Assembly (NCBI RefSeq): GCF_001194135.2
Contig: NC_068981.1
Span: 171,645,658-171,691,733 of the forward strand
Direction of reading: 5' to 3'
Source of the DNA: Octopus bimaculoides
Lineage: Eukaryota
DNA: 46,076 bases
Shown: piece after piece, positions 41,221 to 46,076 of the stretch
Layout of the letters: each line of letters begins with the position of its first letter
How positions within the stretch are numbered: position 1 is the stretch's first letter
Program-made: the position numbers and the translations under genes
The notes under the pieces: model-generated
Databases searched by the model: none
What the model saw: only the letters and a program-made list of their open reading frames with translations
Told to the model about the DNA's origin: nothing

Positions 41221-42606
41221 TCATCATCATCGTTTAACGTCCATTTTCCATGCTGGCATGGGACTGGACAGTTTGACTGGGGTCTGGGAAGCCAGGAGGC
41301 TGCACCAGGCCCCAATCTGATCTGGCAGTGTTTCTACAGCTGGATGCCCTTCCTAACACCAACCACTCCAAGAGTTTCGTGGGTGCTTTTTACGTGCCAC
41401 TGGCACAGGGGCCTGAGGAGCTGGCATCAACCATGATTGGATGGTGCTTTTTATGTGCCACTAGCATGGAAGCTAGTCAAAGCGGCACTGGCACTGGCCA
41501 TGTTCGGATGGTGCTTTTTACGTGCTACCGGCATGGGGATCACAACTACAATTTCCATTTGATTTGATTTTGATACTGCTGTTGATGTTAATGTACTTAA
41601 CTCAATAGGTCTCCTCAAGCACAGCATGTCACCCTACAATCCAAAGTACTTTTGAGTGGGCTGGTTATGCAACACTGGTGTAGGTTATAGCTGTGGAATT
41701 ACTTTTTTTGCTGGATCTTCTCAGTCACAGCATACTTCCAGAGGTCTCTGTCTTTTGTCACTGCCTCTGTGAGGCCCAACATTCAAAGGTCATGCTTCAC
41801 CACCTCATCCTATGTCCTCCTGGGTCTCCCTCTACCACAGGTTTCCTTCCACTGTTTCTTCACACAGCTCTCCTCATCCATCCACAGTACATGACCATAC
41901 CAACCAAACATCTCTCTTGCACGCCACATCCAAGGCTTCTTATGTCTAACATTTCTCTGAGGTTGCTTACACTCCAGTGGATCATGCTAGCTTCATTTCT
42001 TTCGAGCGTACACATATCTTCAGCACACATGCATCATACAATCTACCTTTCACTCTGAGCGAGAGGCTCTTTGTCAGCAGTAGGGGTAGACGCTTTCTGA
42101 ACTTTTCCCAGGCTATTCTTATTCTAGTAGTAACACTCTCTGAGCATCCACCCCCACTACAGACTTGGTCACCTAGGTAGTGGAAGCTATCAACTGCTTC
42201 TAGTTTCTCCCCCTGGCATGTGAAGGAATCTGTTTTCTGAGCTTCTGTAGTGTTTATTGTCCCTGTGCATCTGCCATCCATAGCTTACACTGGGTACATC
42301 TTATGGAGTTTTTACCTACACCTTTTCTACAGATCGAGAAGGGGTGTGTGATGTGTTCGCCTTCCTACTTACTAGAACTTTGGTCTTTGCAACATTGACT
42401 CTAAGGCCCTTCCATTCTAAACCTTGCTTCCACACCTGAAATTTCTTCTCTAGTTCTGGTAGTGATTCTGGTATGAGGGCCAGGTCATCGGCATAGAGGA
42501 GCTCCCAGGGGCAACCTGTCTTGAATTCCTCTGTTATTGCCTGGAGGACTATGATGAATAAAAGGGGGCTGAGGGCTGATCCTGGTGGACCCTTACTTCT
42601 ACCCGG
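41221..42606 (-). mobile_element. 5'-truncated RTE-clade LINE
   Basis: GSALSPLLFIIVLQAITEEFKTGCPWELLYADDLALI (YADD motif) and EKLEAVDSFHYLGD...RIRIAWEKF...LSLRVKGRLYDACV, followed by the 3' UTR and (GAT)n tail at 41221. Frameshifts are present. Confidence 0.92.
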
Positions 42607-42751
42607 AATATATATGTGTATGTGTGTGTGTGTATGTATGTATATGTGTGTGTATGTGTGTGTGTGTGTATAAACCTATGTAGTAAACATATAGACATAG
42701 CAAATTTAACTATTTCTCCATAGATTGAAAAGAATAGGTGAACAATCTTAA

Positions 42752-42969
42752 CCCTTTAGCATTTAAACTGGCCATATCAGGCAAAAATTGTTTACCTGTT
42801 CTATATTGGAACTGGCCAGATCTGGCCTCTCACACCTACTCTTCAATGACATTCTAAAAGTAAACAATCCGATAATCGAAATCTCAAAGCTACAAGAATG
42901 CATGATTAATTCAAAACAATGTGAATAAATAAGCATTACATTTGACAGATTAATGTGACTGCTAAAGGA
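42752..42969. mobile_element. piggyBac-type MITE, 218 bp
   Basis: TTAA|CCCTTTAGCA ... TGCTAAAGGA|TTAA, with TTAA at 42748-42751 and 42970-42973 and one terminal mismatch. Confidence 0.8.
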
Positions 42970-43559
42970 TTAATAAATCTTTGAACATTATTGGCTCTCA
43001 ACAGAGGTGTCTGCATCATTCGATCAATCCCAGATAAATAACCAGCCACTAAATATATGCTATAAACTTTATATAGCTCTCTGTGTTTATATACACATAT
43101 ATATATGTATATGTTTCATGTACCAGAAGTTTGTATCTTATTTTACATCTTATTTTTACTTACTTTTAACTCCAATGATGAGTTGGTTTTCACACCATTT
43201 CTACTTAACTTCCTGTGTCTTACAAAAATATCAATAATTCAATTTCAACGCTGAGATTATTTTCTAATTAGATTATAATAAAATTTTTATTTCCATAAGA
43301 TTCTTTTTGACTTCATTCATTTCTTCTGTTTTAATGTTTTTCTTTCTTGTCAGTTTCTGAATGCTTGTATAAAATGTTTAAGATAAACATTTGTCTGGCT
43401 ACACTTATCATTATTAAACTCATGCAAGGTGAGATTTAATTAAGCCTACTCATTTCACTTTAGCTGAATATATTTGGGAGTTAATAGTTGTATTATCCAG
43501 CTTTGATTACAATTCTCCAACACAAAATAATTACATTTATACTAGTATATTAGAAAAAG

Positions 43560-44195
43560 GCAACGCATGACTGTGTGGTAAGAAGTTTGATTCCCAACTA
43601 CATGACTCTGGGTTCAGTCCCACTGCATGGCTCCTTGGGCAGATGTCTTCTACTATAGCCTCAGGCCACCTAAAACCTTATGAGTGGATTTGGTAGATGG
43701 AAACTGAAAGAAGCCCTTCATGTGTTTGTGTGTGTGTGTATAGTTTAAATTTACAGAAAACAAAAGACAAAAGCAGGTGAAGGAACACCAAATTGGTGTA
43801 TTAGTTTAATGCTTGGGAAGAATGGAAAAGTCATTGACATTTCAAGCATATGTTCTTCGACAGAAAGGATTAAGCAGAAAAAAAATGGAGAAAGAACAAA
43901 AACAAAACAAAGAGAGAAAAAAATGTGCAGGGGTTAACAGTTCAACATGATGAAATGGCTATAAGAAATAATATCCATGAATGTGTAAATGTGTCTCTGT
44001 TTGCTCCCCTACCATCACTTGACAACTGGTATTGATGTGTTTACGCCCCTATAACTTAGTGGTTTGGTACAAGAAACTGAAAGAATAAGTACTAGGCTTG
44101 AAATATAAGTCCTGAGGCTGATTTGTTCATCTAAAACCCTTCAAGGTGGTGTCATGCCATGGTCACAGTCAAACGACTGAAACAAGCAAAAGATA
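43560..44195 (+). mobile_element. Degenerate family-A SINE, head (43560-43740) and tail (43995-44195) separated by unrelated sequence
   Basis: gactgtgtggtaagaag...gggttcagtcccactg head; ccatcacttgacaac...gactgaaacaagcaaaaga tail. Confidence 0.65.
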
Positions 44196-44339
44196 AAAAT
44201 ATGGAAGATAAATATAATGCATCAAAGTTCAATTGCTGACAATATACACCAAAATATATGAAATATTAAAATATAAAAGATATGGTTTTGTTAAGTGTTG
44301 AATTAGTTACCCCGACCAGCTCTTATGAAAGGACTTGAG

Positions 44340-45033
44340 TACTTTTAGCAGAGTCCCCTCTATAGTAAGCATTTAAGCCAGGTTTCCAGTTTGAGGATAA
44401 CACGCCTGCACAGTGAAAAAATATCTGGTCATGTACTACGGATGGATGAGGAGAGATGTGTGAAGAAGTGCCACTCCCAAACAGTTGAAGGAATCCGGAG
44501 TAGAGGTAGACCCAGGAAGACATGGGATGAGGTGGTCAAGCATGACCTTTAAATGTTGGGCCTCACAGAGGCAATGATGAAAGACCAAGACCTCTGGAGA
44601 TATGCTGTGACTGAGAAGACCCGGCAAATAAAGTGAGTTCCCAGCTGTATCCTACACCAGTTTTGCATAACCAGCCCCAGCCCATTCAAAAATACCTTGG
44701 ATCACAGGGCGACCTGCTGTGCTTGAGGAGACCTATTGAGTCAAGTACACCAACATTGAAATGAAAATCAAATGAAAATTGTAGCTGTGATACCTATGCC
44801 AGTGACACGTAAAAAGCACCATCTGAATGTGGCCAATGCCAGCCCCCTTCTGGTCCCTGTGCCGGTGGCATGTAAAAAGTACCCTCTACACTCACAGAGT
44901 GGTTGGCGTTAGGAAGGGCATCCAGCTGTAGAAACACTGCCAGATCAGACTGAAGCCTGGTGCTGCCTCCTGTCTTCCCAGACCCCGGTCGAACCGTCCA
45001 ACCCATACTAGCATGGAAAACGAACATTAAACA

Positions 45034-45072
<39 letters not shown>
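44340..45072 (+). mobile_element. RTE LINE 3' end with a long (GAT)n tail
   Basis: GHVLRMDEERCVKKCHSQTVEGIRSRGRPRKTWDEVVKHDL..LGLTEAMMKDQDLWRYAVTEKTRQIK*, then UTR and (gat)n at 45034-45072. Confidence 0.88.
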
Positions 45073-45074
<2 letters not shown>

Positions 45075-45440
45075 GAGCACTCAGAGAGCACAAACCTCCG
45101 CCAAGGCAACACCGACATCTTGTCAACGTTTAGCAGGAGATGATTTTTAAAATGTGAATATCTGAAATAAACTCAACTGCTCTCACATATGAGAATACTA
45201 AAAATGAACATGACTGCTCTCAAAAATTAAGTAAAAAAACAGGAAAAATAATCCAAAATCCTTGTCCGGTACCAGATCGATCCCAAAATCTAATCAGTTT
45301 GTGCCAGTCATGAGGTTAAGCACCCCTGAAAGTTTCATCCGAATCTATTCAGTGGTTCTTGAGATATGTTGTCCATAGACAAACAAACAAACAAACACAA
45401 CTGAAAACAATCCCTCTGCCTTCGCAAAGACAGAGGTAAA
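45073..45440 (+). mobile_element. Helentron-associated (HINE/DINE-1-like) non-autonomous element
   Basis: 5' cctccgccaagg, internal aagtttcatccgaatc, (caaa)n tract and 3' stem cctctg (45413) / cagagg (45431). Family assignment is inference. Confidence 0.5.
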
Positions 45441-45464
45441 AATATATAGTTTATTTTTTCCAGT

Positions 45465-45910
45465 CATTAAAGTGCAGCCATGCTGGGGTCCCTCCTGCCA
45501 AGGTTTAGTTGAACTATTTGACCTCAGAGCTTATTTTCTTCTTGCCTGGCACTTATTCTATCTGTCTCTTTTTTTTTTTTTTCTCCAAACTGCGAAGTTA
45601 CGAGGACATAAACAAACCAACACCAGCTGTCAAGGAGTGGTGGGAGACAAACAAAAACACAAACATAAAGACACATATATATCATTATATTTATATATCT
45701 CTCTATCTCTCTATATATATACATACATATCATCATCATCATCATCGTTTAACGATGATGATGATGATGATATGTATGTAACAGGCTTCTTTCAGTTTCC
45801 ATCTACCAAATCCGCTCAAGGTTTTGGTCAGCCTGAGACTATAGTAGAAGACACTAGCCCAAGATATCATGCAGAAGGATTGAACTCAGAACCATACAGT
45901 CATGCCTGAA
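45465..45910 (-). mobile_element. Degenerate family-A SINE
   Basis: ggcttctttcagtttccatctaccaaatcc...atagtagaagacact...ttgaactcagaaccat. Confidence 0.65.
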
Positions 45911-46045
45911 AAATGCATAAAAAAGATATAAGAAATATATAGAATACATATATGTATGATAAAATATTGCACTATTTCTGACTGGTGAGACTATGAGGGG
46001 AGGAGGTGGAGGAGGACAATGATAATGATGGTGGTGATGATGATA

Positions 46046-46076
<31 letters not shown>

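Noticed and set aside
32318-46076. A second, tandem Cys-loop receptor paralog downstream
   Set aside because: No Cys-loop, M1-M4 or loop-E motifs were found on either strand in the readable sequence.
1-46076. CRISPR arrays, rRNA genes, prokaryotic operons
   Set aside because: None seen. All periodic sequence is microsatellite or transposon-derived, and the window is eukaryotic.

Overview
This is a gappy, repeat-dense animal genomic window. The microsatellite load and the SINE/RTE repertoire suggest a coleoid cephalopod, probably Octopus (inferred from repeat style, not from a search). The one host gene I can support is a + strand, intron-containing Cys-loop (pentameric) ligand-gated ion channel subunit. 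I reconstructed five coding exons by hand: 11071-11149, 15912-16281, 19230-19313, 21948-22063 and 31904-32317. All have AG/GT splice sites and compatible phases (2/0, 0/1, 1/1, 1/0, 0/stop), giving 353 uninterrupted codons from the post-loop-A region through M4. Three of the five exons are not represented in their coding frame from the exon start in the ORF track. The subunit is nicotinic-receptor-like and predicted cation-selective (Asp at -1'), but its agonist site is rebuilt: loop-B Trp is Glu, loop C has C-A-G-C instead of vicinal CC, and TyrC1 is absent. The pore is also atypical (Gly 6', Met 9', Ser 20'). It is therefore probably an orphan receptor not gated by acetylcholine. The N-terminal exons are not visible and lie upstream or in N-gaps. 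The rest of the window is transposon debris: a Merlin/IS1016-like element with an internal inversion, a deleted D34D mariner, several RTE LINE pieces, piggyBac-type and other MITEs, MULE and Helitron-like remnants, several tRNA-derived SINE families, perfect hairpins and many microsatellites. Repeat boundaries are estimated by eye.
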